Of a DNA stretch of 64,000 bases, positions 35,575 to 48,509 are shown in pieces; within the stretch, counting starts at the first letter, position 1, and the number at the start of each line of letters is the position of its first letter. The translations under genes and the position numbers were made by a program. The notes beneath the pieces are model-generated. The model was not told where the DNA came from and made no database searches. It saw only the letters and a list, made by a program, of their open reading frames with translations. Where the stretch lies: contig CAUYUJ010000191.1 of NCBI GenBank assembly GCA_963575745.1, positions 1 through 64,000 of the forward strand, read 5' to 3'. Source of the stretch: Prorocentrum cordatum (taxonomy: Eukaryota).

Positions 35575-36530
35575 GGAAAACCGAGGGGGGGGTCACTACC
35601 GGTTCGAACCCCTTCCCCCCCCCCCCTCCGGAAAACCGGGGGGGGTCACTACCGGTTCGAACCCCTCCCCCCCCCCCCCAGCTCATCATGAAAAGGGGGG
35701 GGGTCACTACCGGTTCGAACCCCCCCCCCCCCCTCGAAAACCGAGTGGGGGTGCGGACAGTGGTGGGGACGGTGTTGGTGGGGACAGTGGTGAGGGGACA
35801 GCGGGACAGTGGTGGGGACAGTGGGGGGACAGTGGGACAGTGGTGGGGACGGTAGTGGTGGGGACAGTGGTGGGGACAATGGTGGGAACAGGGGGGACAG
35901 TGGACAGTGGTGGGAACGGTGGTGGTGGGGACAGTGGTGTGGGGACAGTGGGAATGAGGTGGAAACACTGGGACAGTGGAGGGTACAATGGTGGTGGGGA
36001 CACTGGTAAAGGCGGTGGCGAGGACGGCGGTGGGACAATGGGACAGAGGTACAGTGGGGACAGTGGTGGGGACAGTGGGGACAGTGGTGGGAACAGTGGG
36101 ACAGCTCAGTGGGACAGCGGAGGAGTCAGTGGGACAGTGGGGACAGTGGGGATAGGCAGTGGTTGGGTCCGTGGAGACAGTGGGGAGAGTGGAACCGTGG
36201 TGGGAACAGTGGTGGGAACAGTGGGGACAGTGCGACAGTGGTGGGGGCACTGGTGGGGACAATAGGGACGGTGGTGGAACCAGTGGGGACAGTGGTGGTG
36301 AGGACAGTGGTGCTGGGAACAACAGTGGGGGATGTGATGCGAGCGGTGGTAGGGACCGGGAGTCGTTTGCTGGCGGTGCGTGGGGGGGGGGCGAACCGGT
36401 AGTGACCCCCCTCCGGTTTTCGAGGGGGGGGGGGGGGGTAGTGACCTCCCCCGGTTTTCCGGATCTGGAGGGGGGGGGGGGGGAGGGGTTCGAATCTGTA
36501 GTGACCCCCCGGCTTTCGAGGGGAGGGGGG
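35575..36530. mobile_element. Foldback-like element: iterated inverted arms around a GGGACAGTGGT minisatellite
   Basis: Three GGGGTCACTACCGGTTCGAACCCC on the left (35590-35725) mirrored by three GTAGTGACC(C/T)CCC..TTTC on the right (36393-36520). Centre 35755-36330. Confidence 0.8.
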
Positions 36531-37287
36531 GGGGGGGGGGGGAGGGGTTAGAGGAGGGGGGGGTTTTGCCGGGAGGGAGGGGAGGGGGGGGGGAGGGGTT
36601 CCAGCAGGGGGGGGGGAATTTTCGGAGGGGGGGGGGGGGAGACCCCCGGGTTCCGGAGGAACAGGTCGGCAATTTTCCAGTAAAGCGGCGGTGGATCACG
36701 CTCTCTCGGATCTGAGGAAGTGCTGGTAGCTGGCACCAGTACGTTGCTCCCACTACTCCATGATCGCCCCGCCACGCCACAACAAAGTGTGGCCCGTTAC
36801 AGGCCCGATACGTGACACACGATTGAGCACGGCAGGTATCGGGCTGATGCTCGCCCTCGTGAGGTTGCGTTTGAACTGCCTCTCCTCCGCCCTTCGGAGG
36901 GACTGTCTCGGTGCAAAGGCGCTGAGAGTAAGTGAACATTCCGGCACGGTTTTGTTTGTTTTCTGTTTACATATAATGATAATGATATATATATATATAT
37001 ATATATATAATTGTATACAATTATGCATAACTCCTGTGATGGCGGTAATCCTGGTGGTCCTTTGCGTGAGTTGCTGTGCGTCAGCTCAGCAAGGCCATCC
37101 ACAACAGGGGGGGGGGATTCCAGTGGGGCAGGGCGTCGCAGGTGCATGCTGCTGGCTTGGGGCGATACTTTCACTCGGCGTGTCGTTCTTGAGCGGCACC
37201 GCCTCCACGGTCCCACGAGTCTCACGGGAAGGACGGATGCTGAATTGTGGCATGTGCGGAATCTTGTAAGATTACTCCGAGATTCTT

Positions 37288-37434
37288 CAGCGTCGGGGGG
37301 GCGTCACCCCCGCCGACAGCCCCACATCGACCCCCGTCGCGGGCAGCCACCGCGCGCCGAAGGCGCTCCGACCCCCGTCGCAGCGCGACGACGAGGCGAG
37401 GTTGATCGCAGTCGGGGGGGTACCCCCCTACGCT
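37288..37434. mobile_element. MITE-like copy of 22221-22373
   Basis: Near-identical sequence. Confidence 0.8.
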
Positions 37435-37630
37435 TTTTGGTGTGTGTGTGTGTGTGTCCAAGTGCCAGTCTGTTCTTGGAGGGATGGCTGTCCTCTGCCT
37501 CCTCCAACTCCCCCCTCTCTCGTCCTCCTTGTCCTACTCTCTCGTTCCGTGCGCGTCCTCTCGGCCACCCCCTCCACCCTCGCATCTCAGTCCCTCCTGC
37601 TCCTCGGCGGGTTTCTGGTCATTCCCATAG

Positions 37631-37690
37631 GAGCTCAAGGAGATGATCGAGAGAGCAGACTCGAACGGAGACGGCGCCATCACTCCGGAG
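37631..37690 (+). CDS. Centrin exon, EF-hand 4: ELKEMIERADSNGDGAITPE
   Basis: TAG|G acceptor; DSNGDG loop. Donor is either GA at 37691 or GT at 37694. Confidence 0.92.
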
Positions 37691-38844
37691 GAAGTGTTCG
37701 AGGGAGGAATATTCTCGCAGGGGGGGGGGCAAACGGGAATTCGGCGGGGCCAGTGTCTCATTCACTCGAGCCAATTTCGCCGAGTGAGGGTTAACTTCCA
37801 GACGACGCGTTCGGATCGCGTGGCGTCCATGTGTTTCAGGACCAGCGGGTGTGACTTTGCATTGCTTTCATACGTTATTGGTTGAAGGGCCTGCGCTGTT
37901 AGCCAAAGCACCACGCGCGGTTGATTCGAGCAGCCTCCGCACGACAACATTTGACTGGAGGTCGGTGGTAGCAAGAGGAGTTGTGGGGGGACGCAGTACG
38001 AGGGGGACAAGAAGGGGGTATAGCAGTCGGCGGAGGAGGAGGAGGAGGAGGAGGAGGAGGAGGAGGAGGAGGAGGAGGAGGAGGAGGAGGGACGAGGAGG
38101 AGGAGGAGGCGGAGGAGGAGGAGGAGGAGGAGGAGGAGGAGGAGGGGCAGGCTCCCGTGAGTAACATGATTTGTCCATCAAGTGGGATGCTGAGCATTCC
38201 TCATTTTTCCGACGGCTGGGAATTATCGGAGGTGGCCTGTTTGTGGTGGCATGGACGCGTCGTATTTTTTTGGCAAGTCGGCTTCCTGGAGTTCGCGGAG
38301 AGGGTCCAGGTGAGGAGGGAGGATGCGAAAGAGGAGACGGAGGGGGAGGGAAGGAGGGATGGAGGAGAGGGGAGGGAGAGGAGAAGGAGGGATGGGAAGG
38401 GCCCAGGGGCTCAAACACGTTCCATCAGGAGTCCCAAGCCGAGGGGACAGCAGTCCGAATGGAAACGAGCAACTTAGAATGAGGGTCTACCTTCCATGCT
38501 GGATGTTCCATAGCGTCTAGATGCCCTCGCGATGCCATCGCGATGCCTCGCCGCCTCGCGCGCGCGCGAGTCGCCCGCGCCTTGGCCTCGTGGCTCGAGC
38601 GGTTCACCCGTTTCTGCCCGAGTACGGCCGCAGCCGTGTACGCGCGCCTGCAGGCGAGCGTTGGCGAGGAAGGGACGGTGACGAGGAGGACAGAGGCCTG
38701 AGGTTACGGGTTTCGGATAGCATGTTGAACGAGGAGCGAAGGCACGGCTGACGAGCGGGAGGCGGAGGACGAAGAGGAGGGAGAGGAGGGGGAGAGGGGG
38801 AGGGGGGATCGGGAGGGAAGGTGGCGAGGAAGAGGAGGATTACT

Positions 38845-39464
38845 TCATGATGATTCCGATTCCGACGATGCTGACGACGACGACGATGTTGCTGATGAGG
38901 ATGATGATGATGCCGATGAGGACGATGGTGAGGATGAGGATGGTGGTGGTGTTGATGGTAAGGATGATACATGATGCTAATGCTGGTTAATATGATGACG
39001 ATGATGATGATGCTGATGCTGCTGCTGATGCTGATGCTTAGTATGACGATGGTAGTGATTATGACGATGCTGATGCTGCTGCCGATGCTGATGCAGATGC
39101 TGCTGATGATGATGCTGATGCTGATGCTGATGGTTATGATGATTGCTAAAGTAATGGTGGTGATGATGGTGAGGATGATGCTGCTGACGATGAATTTGAT
39201 GGTGGAGGTGGTGATGGTGTTGATGATGATGGTGTTGATGATGAGGATGAGGACGATGCTGATCATGTTGATGATGATGATGCTGATGATTATGATGGTG
39301 GTGATGCTGGTTCTGCTGATGATGTCGCTGATAAAGATGATGATGACGATGACATTGATGGTGATGAGGACGCTGAACAAGAGGCTACATCTGATGATCG
39401 TGATGATGCTGATGATGATGATGATCACGACGATGATGATGCTGATACTGATGATGCTGATGAC

Positions 39465-39507
<43 letters not shown>

Positions 39508-40950
39508 CTGATGATGATGATGTTGATGATGATGATGGTGACCATGTTGATGCTGATGCTGATGCTGATGATGATGGTGATGGCGCCGATGCCGACGCTG
39601 ATTATGATGCTGGCATGACGTGGATGATAGTGGTGGTGATGGTGACGATGCTGATGCTGACGAGGATGCTGACATGACGGATCTGCTGGCGGTGATGGTG
39701 ACGATGACGATCAAGATGATGAGATGATGAGATGATGAGATGATGATATGATGCGATGATGGGATGATGAGATGATGATGATGACAATGACGCTGATGAT
39801 GGTGATGATGATGATGTTGATGATCATGCTGATGATGATGATGATGATGATGATGCTGATGATGACGATGATGCTGGTACTGATGGTGATGGTGATGATG
39901 ATGACAATGACGCTGACGGTGATGATGATCCTTCCTCCTCCTGTCGCCTCCTCCCCTTCTCTTCCCCCTTCTGGCTTGGTAGCAACCAGGGTCGTTTTCC
40001 TTTTCACGCGCAGCTTGGCAATGAGTGCAGGATTTGCCATTTATCGGCAGCCGTGGGCGCATTCAGGAGCGGTGCGATTGATGTTCATCCTCCCGCTGTG
40101 TCGACATTTGCTCGCTTGGAGTAGGGCTCCAAGAGCATGGAATGACCTTCACAATCAGCGTCACCCGAGTCCGGGGCCATTGCAGGTCTTTGCTTTCACG
40201 GCCTCACGGCGTTGCGGTCGCCTTTGTCGGATAGCCCCCTGGAGGGGCAGCGGATTCCTCCTTCTCCCCCGCCTGTTTACCGTGAAAAAAAAACTGATGG
40301 TGATGGTGATACTGATGATTTTGATGATGATGATGATGATGATGATGACGATGCTGCTGACGATGATGATGCTGGTGGTGTTGATGATGATCATGATTAC
40401 GATGGATATGGTGGACGTGATGACGATGATACTGATGATCGTGGTGACGACGATGATGATGCTGACGATGATGACGATGATGATGTTGATAATGAAGATG
40501 CTGATGAGGATGCAAATTATGATGTTGTTGATGATCATGATGACGATGATTGTGGTAATGATGATGGTAAATATGATGGTTGTGCAGATAATGATAATGA
40601 TGAAGAAGAAAAAGAGGCAGCTGACGACGCTTATGATGACGATGATGATGATGAGGACGAAGATAACGATGATGCTGCTGATGATAATGATGATTATGAT
40701 GGTGGTGATGGTAGTGATGATGCTGCTGATGATTACGATATGACGATGATGATGACGACGATGATGATGCTTATTATGATGATGATGATGATGCTGATGC
40801 TGATGCTGATGCTGCTGATGATGCTGATGATACTGACGACGATGATGATGATGCTGATGCTGCTGATGATGATGATGATGATACTGATGACGATGACGAT
40901 GATGATGGTGATGAAGATGATGATGATGATGATGCTGACGATGATGATGC

Positions 40951-40982
<32 letters not shown>

Positions 40983-41055
40983 CTGATGATGATGATGACG
41001 ATGATGATGATTATGATGATGATGACGATGATGATGATGATGATGATGATGATGC

Positions 41056-41111
<56 letters not shown>

Positions 41112-41215
41112 CTGATGATATTGATGCTGATGATGATGAGTATGCTGGTGGTGGTGGTGATGTGATGGTGATGGTGATGCTGATGCTGATGCTGATGATG
41201 TGTATGCTGATGAGG
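38845..41215. repeat. Interrupted (GAT)n fields (38845-39930 and 40295-41215)
   Basis: Directly visible. Confidence 0.95.
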
Positions 41216-43573
41216 AGGATGAGTCGGCGGGGGAGGAAAGGGAGTGGGAGGAGGAGGAGGAGGAGGCGGAAGAGGAGGAGGAGGAGGAGGAGGAGGAGAA
41301 GGAGGAGGAGGTGGAGGAGGAGGGGGAGTAGGAGGAGGAAGAGGAGGAACTGGAGGAGTAGGAGGAGGAGGATGAGGATGGAAAAGAAGACGACGACGCC
41401 TCGTTGAAGTTGTCCTCCTGCTACCCTCCCTCCCTCCCACTTCGCGCTCCCTTCTGATCTCTTCGCAATCGCTTGCGCCCGTGCCCTCCCGACCGGGACA
41501 GGCGCGCTGAGCATGTTGACCTGCTGACATCCAGGCCCGATGACGATGATCCAGCGACCTCCCCGCGCGCCTGAGTCCCCGCGGCACAGCAAGAGGAGGG
41601 GCGGGCCATCGTGCTTCTTTGCTGACGTTTGGCCAGGGCCACCAGTCCGCGGGGCAGAGGGAGCAGGGGCGAGCGTGTGAGAGGGAATGCGTCGCAGGAG
41701 GAGAAGGAGGAACTGGTTGACGACGAGTAGGGTCGGACCGAAGTATAAGGTCGAGGTCGGTTCGGGGAGGGTACCCAAATCTTCTTCGTGCTTGTTGGAT
41801 GTTCTTGTGCATCCTGGGGCAGGGTGCCCTCGAATATTCTTCAGTTTGGCCAGCGGAGGGTCTCATGTTCTTGTGGGATGTCCTTCTGTGCTAGGTCTGG
41901 CCGTACCAGCGTGACCTGCGGTCCCCGTCCCTTCCGCGCTTCCCCCGCCTTCCCGCCTCTCCCCCCTCCCCTGGCCGCCGCCCCCAGGGTATCGCGTGCT
42001 GCTGGAGGTGCCCCTGGCTTAAGGTGCCCCCTGCTGCTCCCTCCATCTTGGAGCCGCTGGGGCCCTCGGGGCCCCGCGAGGGGTGCGCTGGAGGCCGTCT
42101 GGCCCGCCCCCCCCCGAGAAAATCCTGGGGGGGGCACCTCGGGCCTGGGGCACTTCTCTTGGCAGCGCCCCCCCAGAAAAGGGGGCAGGGCGCTCCAGAG
42201 CTCGCTCTGGGCGGCCTGGCCCCCCCCCCGCCGGTCGGGCGCCTGGAGGGCGAGGCGGGCGCCGCTCCCGTGGCCCTCCTCCCGGGCGGCCCCGGGCGGC
42301 CCCGGACGGCCTCGCGCCCTCTTCGGGGGCCCCCAAACGGTGTTCGGAGGTGGACAGACCTCCTACTCCAGATTTCGCAATAAAAGGGAGGGGGTCTGGA
42401 CCCTCCAAGACAAGCCATTTCAGACCCCCCCCGTGGGAGAACCCTCCAAAACATCGTCCCCAGAACCCCCCAGGCCCTCCAAGATAGCTTGGAAAAGACA
42501 CCCCCCGAAATGAGACCCCCCTCCCTTTATTACGAAATCTGGAGTACCCTGGCACGTCGATCAAGGAATTGGCCGTTTGCGGTTCGCGAGAGGGCGTCGC
42601 GGCCGTCCTTTCTGCGGGTCCGAGTCCGTCGGTTTCGGTCCCAGGCCGTTTTCACTAAAGGGAGGTTTGCTTAAGGGAGGTTTGGCCACCGCCGAGGTGT
42701 GGTGACCACACCGTGCGGCGAGTCGGTGGGGATTCGGGGTCACCGCACGGTCTTGGGACTCGGGTCCCTCTCCGAGGATGTCTCGGGCGACGTGGGCCTC
42801 CCGGGTCCCAACACCGTGCGGTGACGGACCGTGCGGCGAGGCCTCTTTCAGGAGGAAAAGAAACACACAGACACAATTAATTCTCGATTCCCAAGAAAAT
42901 ATGGGAAAATATGGGAAGTGGGGGGGAAGACAGAAACCCAGAAAATATAGGGAAATATGGGGAATCTGTTTATTTGTGTGTATTTATTTGTGTGTCCCAG
43001 GACCCCTTCACTCTTGGGGTTCCGAGGTCACCGCACGGTCTGTCACCGCACCGTTTCGGGACTCCAAGCCTCTGGGGTCGGCCTCTCGGCGGGTCGCTCG
43101 GCGGCCCCTGCCGGAAGGCTGGGGGGGTGGGGGTGGCACTCGTCGTCGCCCCGTCCTCGTTCCCTCGGGGGCAGCGACAGAAAGGGGGGAACAGGCACAG
43201 GGGGGGGGATGCATCGTCCCCCAATCGTCAATTCATCGCCGACGTTGGGCCCGATAGCCCTTTTCCCACCCAGGAACGGGGGGATTTGCTGCCGTGGGTC
43301 TATCGCCGATCTATCGGCGATGTATCGCCGATCCCCTCTTTTCAGGAGCGAGAGAAGGACGTACACGTACAGAAGTCCACGCTGGTTTCGAGCGTACGCA
43401 CTGCGCGAACTTTCGTCTCACGAGGCTGGTCTCGCGGACTGGGGGGCCGTATTCATGTACAGTCAGGGCGTGTAGTAAGGATGAGCGACTTTCCAAGGTT
43501 ACACTTGCATCCTTCCTTCTTGGCCCACCCTTGGCCACTTTTGCTGGCCGCGCCGAGCTCGAACAGTGTCGGC

Positions 43574-43921
43574 ATGGCCTTCCAAGGCGCTTGCAGCCTC
43601 ACCGAGCATCCTTATCATGCGCCTCGACTGTGTACGTGGCTTGGCGCGTGTGTCCTCTGCAGGCTCCCCGTCTTTCCCCTCCCCTCTGCGCCCCTCGTCG
43701 TCGGCCCCTCCCGGGGGTGCCGGAGGCCAGCCGCGGAAGGGAGCCCTCCGCGGCTCCCCGGTGGCAGTGGAGAGTGGGAGCGCTGGCCCCCCTCTCGGAC
43801 GGGGTCCGCGCAGAGGGCGCGGCACTCCCCGTCCTCCTGCCCCCCTGCCCTGCACACGGGGCTCCCCCGCGGCGCGCTGGCCCCCGACGCGCTGTGCAGC
43901 CACGGGTTCTCCTGCATGCCG
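43574..43921 (+). CDS. Speculative 5' exons of the CCCH gene (43574-43586 and 43663-43921)
   Basis: ATG GCC TTC CAA G|GC ... CAG|GC ... CG|GCACGC. Open frame and phase-compatible with the exon at 53377, but the peptide is low-complexity with no recognised homology. Confidence 0.25.
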
Positions 43922-46079
43922 GCACGCACGTGGTCGGCTCCTCCTTCGTAACGCTGCCAGGCGTGTCGGTGGGACCGTTTCGCCCTAGGCGTCGACGCAA
44001 CTTGTGATCCTGAACATGGAGCTTCAAACAGCTACTTGGATGGAGGGCAGGCCGTTTTCAATACGTGGTTCTCGCCCCAGTGCCGACCACATTCGTCTTC
44101 GAATGATCAATTGTCACACTGACGGAGGTGAGGTCGTTTCAAAATGCGGCTCCCGAGTCGGCGCCGCGCACAGTTGTCTTAACAGTTTCAAGCAGTCACA
44201 GGGATGGAAACCGGCTTCTTGCTCAAGTGGGGCTCTCGCTTGAGACTTCGGATAACCGACGGGGCACAGTTAATAGTTGAGGCCTGGTGCACTGGTGTGC
44301 ATAAGATTTGCGGTATTCGCCGTTCGTCTCGGGGGCATTTCCTCCCTACGTCACGTTGGGTGGACCCACCGTCGTCGGCTGGGGGCTGTGCGGTGCTGGT
44401 TGCCGTGGACATGAGAAGGGTCGGGTCGGAGGTGTTCAAGGAGCGCCGCCTGAAATCTGGATGCGGGCTCTGGACTCGGATACAAGCACGGCGGGTTTGT
44501 ATTTCTGGGCGGGTCGGGTAGGCCCGCTGGGATGACGTTTCACGAGCGTGACCAGCGTTCACCAGGAACCCATGACCTCTCCAACGCCCTGCGGGGTCTC
44601 CCACGCGGACGCTTGGGGGCATCGTCGAATCCTCTTCCCCACTCCTTGGCGAGGGTCACCGTCTGCCTCTGCCCTTCATGTTGTCACCATCGTCGGCTGG
44701 AGGAGGAAGAAGAAGAAGAAGAAGAAGAAGAAGAAGAATAAGACTCGGCATTGCGTGTGGTCTCATCCGCTGTGACCTGCAAGCGTCGAGCGTCTGTGCT
44801 CGACCCAAGGCTGTACCTCGCACAATCCCTGGTGAGGCGCTCATCCAAGGGATAGATTTTCGGAATGTCGATGTTGGGGTTGCGCTGGATAGAAGTAGAA
44901 CGCCTGACATTTTCTGACATTACCTCAAGCCGCCAATAGAAGCCCACTTCAAAATATGGGCCACAACGCATTGCGGCTTTAACTGCGAACCTCACATGTC
45001 GGGAGCGGCCATAGCGAATGTCGCACATTCAACGCGCGAGAACCCGCATGCGCAATGCGCGTTCGCATGACCATGCCCAACCAGCGCCGCCGCGCGCCCG
45101 CGTGCGCGACGCACCCTTCGGCTCGAGCCGCGCGGAAACACCGATCAAACAACGCGCGGGGCAATTTCCCAATCTGTTGCTCGCGCGAAGCATGTGCAGG
45201 CGGCGCCATGTCTCGGGCCGCAGGGGCCACGCGTGGCTTTCAAAGGGGCCCGCGGGGGGCCCTGGGATGGCCCGCGGAGTCAACCGGAGTAGAGCACCTT
45301 AAGCGGCAGTTTCAGATGGTCCTGTCTGGCTCGCTCTCGGTTCCTTGCGGGGCCTCCCGAAAGCTTCGCGGGCGCCTCAAAGGACGTCAAGACGGCCCCC
45401 TGGCCGACCGGAGCTGAGAATTTGAGCGGATCGTTTCTGAAGCTGGCTCGATGACGGGGTCCATTGGAGCCTTTTCAGGTTCCTTTTGTGGCCATCTAGA
45501 AGTCCCTCGGAGGCCCGCAGGCTTCGAGAGGCACTAGGGCGCCCCCATCAGCCGACCATAGGGGGGCGCTTGAAACGGCCGTTTCAGATGCCCCGTCGCG
45601 GGTCGCTCTCGGAGCCGTCTTCGGGCCTTCTTGGGGCCATCTCGCCCGGGGGGTCTTGAGCGGGCCGTGGGGCGGCCCCAGCCAGACAGAGTGCGGCCTT
45701 TCAAGGTGATTGCTGTTCTGGCTCGCTTTCGGCGCCCTGCGGGGCCCAGTTGGAGGAACCTTGGGAACCCGAGGCGGCGCTGAGGGGGGTTGGGAAAAGG
45801 CTCCAGAACGGCCCAGCACGCAAACCTGATTGGAGCAATTGAAAAGTCGCGTCAGATGTCCCAGCCCCACCCATGCCCGAGACGCGAATATCAGCACGGA
45901 CCCGCCCAATGAAAACATAACTTGGGAGCAGTGTCGGGGCGACTGTGCGCCGGCAGACAGGCCCTCGGGAATGCGGGCCACAGGGCAGCGTTTCGTGGCC
46001 CCATAGGGAGCCCCACCGAAAGCGGCACCCACAACGCGTTACGAACAATTGCTTATGGTTGGGTCCTTCGCCAGGATGA

Positions 46080-47442
46080 TTTTTTCCCAACCATCCTGTG
46101 GTGTTGGGTCTTCGTTTTGAAGAGACAGCGCCCCGCGTCCCACCTTCCTCCTCCTTCCTCCTCCTTCTTCCTTCCTCCCCCCTCCCCTTCTTTGCCTCTG
46201 CTCTCGGCACACCTTTCACACGTTTCGTAGCCCCATAGGGAGCTCCACCGAAGGCCCCAGTGGTTGCTCTCGCATGCGTTTCCCCCGCCCTGGGCAGCGT
46301 TTCGTGGCCCCATAGGGAGCTCCACCGAAGGCCCCAGTGGTTGCTCTCGCACAAGTTTCCCCCACCCTGGGCAGCGTTGCGTGGCCCCATAGGGACTCCA
46401 CCGAAGGCCCCAGTGGTTGCTCTCGCATGCGTTTCCCCCACCCTGGGCAGCGTTTCGTAGCTCCATAGGGAGCCCCACCGAAGGCCCCAGTGCTTGCTCT
46501 CACATGCGTTTCCCCCACCCTGGGTAACGTTTCGCGGCCCCATAGGGGGCTCCACTGAAGGCCCCAGTGGTTGCTCTCGCATGCGTTTCCCCCACCCTGG
46601 GCAGCGTTTCGTAACCCCATAGGGAGCTCCACCGAAGGCCCCAGTGGTTGCTCTCGCATGCGTTTCCCCCACCCTGGGCAGCGTTGCGTAGCCTCATAGG
46701 GAGCTCCACCGAAGGCCCCAGTGGTTGCTCTTGCATGCGTTTCCCCCACCCTGGGCAGTGTTTCGTAGCCTCATAGGGAGCTCCACTGAAGGCCCCAGTG
46801 GTTGCTCTCGCACAAGTTTCCCCCACCCTGGGCAGCGTTTCGTAGCCCCATAGGGAGCTCCACCGAAGGCCCCAGTGGTTGCTCTCGCATGCGTTTCCCC
46901 CACCCTGGGCAGCGCTTCGTAGCCCCATAGGGAGCTCCACCGAAGGCCCCAGTGGCTGCTCTCGCATGCGGTTTCCCCCACCCTGGGCAGCGGGCCCCAT
47001 CAGGAGCTCCACCGAAGGCCCCAGTGGTTGCTCTCGCATGCGTTTCCCCCACCCTGGGCAGCGTTTCGTAGCCCCAAGGGAGCTCCACCGAAGGCCCCAG
47101 TGGTTGCTCTTGCATGCGTTTCTCCCACCCTGGGCAGCGTTTCGTAGCCCCATAGGGAGCTCCACCGAAGGCCCCAGTGGTTGCTCTCGCATGCGTTTCC
47201 CCCACCCTGGGCAGCGTTTCGTAGCCCCATAGGGAGCTCCACCGAAGGCCCCAGTGGTTGCTCTCGCATGCGTTTCCTCCACCCAGGGCAGCGTTTCGTG
47301 GCCCATGGGGGGCTCCACCGAAGGCCCCAGTGGCTGCTCTCGCATGCGGTTTCCCCCGCCCTGGGCAGCGTTTCGTGGCCCCATCGGGAGCCCCACCGAA
47401 AGCGGCACCCACAACGCAATGGTTGGGTCCTTCGCCTGGATA
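46080..47442. mobile_element. Element carrying a 77-bp tandem array (~15 units) with 9-bp subterminal inverted repeats
   Basis: CCCCATAGGG at 46231, 46308 and 46385. CCCAACCAT (46086-46094) pairs with ATGGTTGGG (47419-47427). A second 3' end at 45985-46079 abuts the head. Confidence 0.88.
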
Positions 47443-47467
47443 TTTGTTCACAAAAACACAAATGACA

Positions 47468-48498
47468 TTATCCCAGTGCGACCCTACCTAGGAGTTGGAG
47501 CATTTAGGAAAGCAACATCTACATCTACACCGACAGCTACATGTACATATACACCTGCATCTACATCTACATCACCATCAACAGCGAGACTCACATCTAC
47601 ATCGACATCTACATCTACATCTACATCTACATCTACATCTACACATCTACATCTACATCTACATCTACATCTACATCTACATCTACATCTACATCTACAT
47701 CTACATCTACATCTACATCTACATCTACATCTACATCTACATCTACATCTACATCTACATCTACATCTACATCTACATCTACATCTACATCTACATCTAC
47801 ATCTACATCTACATCTACATACATCTACATCTACATCTACATCTACATCTACATCTACATCTACATCTACATCTACATCTACATCTACATCTACATCTAC
47901 ATCTACATCTACATCTACATCTACATCTACATCTACATCTACATCTACATCTACATCTACATCTACATCTACATCTACATCTACATCTACATCTACATCT
48001 ACATCTACATCTACACATCTACATCTACATCTACATCTACATCTACATCTACATCTACATCTACATCTACATCTACATCTACATCTACATCTACATCTAC
48101 ATCTACATCTACATCTACATCTACATCTACATCTACATCTACACCTACATCCAAATCTACACCTACACCTACATCTACATCTGCACTTTCGCATTGGATT
48201 TGCTTTTGCTTTGCATTGCCTTTGCTTTTGCTCTTGCCTTTGCCCACGTACCACGCTAGAGGAGGCTAAGCTTAGCTAAGCTAAGCTAAGCTAAGCTGTT
48301 TTATGCTATGCTAGGGTGTGCTAGGCTGCGCTATGTTATGCACTGCAGGTCCGGCTGGGGGAACTGGGGGAACCGCGGGGCGGATAATGGGGGAACCGCG
48401 GGGCGGATACTGGGGGAACCGCCAGGGGCGCTTTCCACTGCCCGGCCCCTTTAAGCCAAGAGAGTAAGAACTCTTGTAGGCAGAGCCCAGGTCGGGAA
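47468..48498. mobile_element. Microsatellite-cargo element, copy A: (ACATCT)n, (TTTGC-type)n, (GCTAA)n
   Basis: Head TTATCCCAGTGCGACCCTACCTAGGAGTTGGA; tail GGGGGAACCG...TTCCACTGCCCGGCCC...GGCAGAGCCCAGGTCGGGAA. Confidence 0.88.
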
Positions 48499-48509
48499 AC
48501 AATAAATGA

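Noticed and set aside
43533..43550. GGCCACTTTTGCTGG as a second SL relic
   Set aside because: Too diverged from CCATTTTGGCTCAAG to distinguish from chance.
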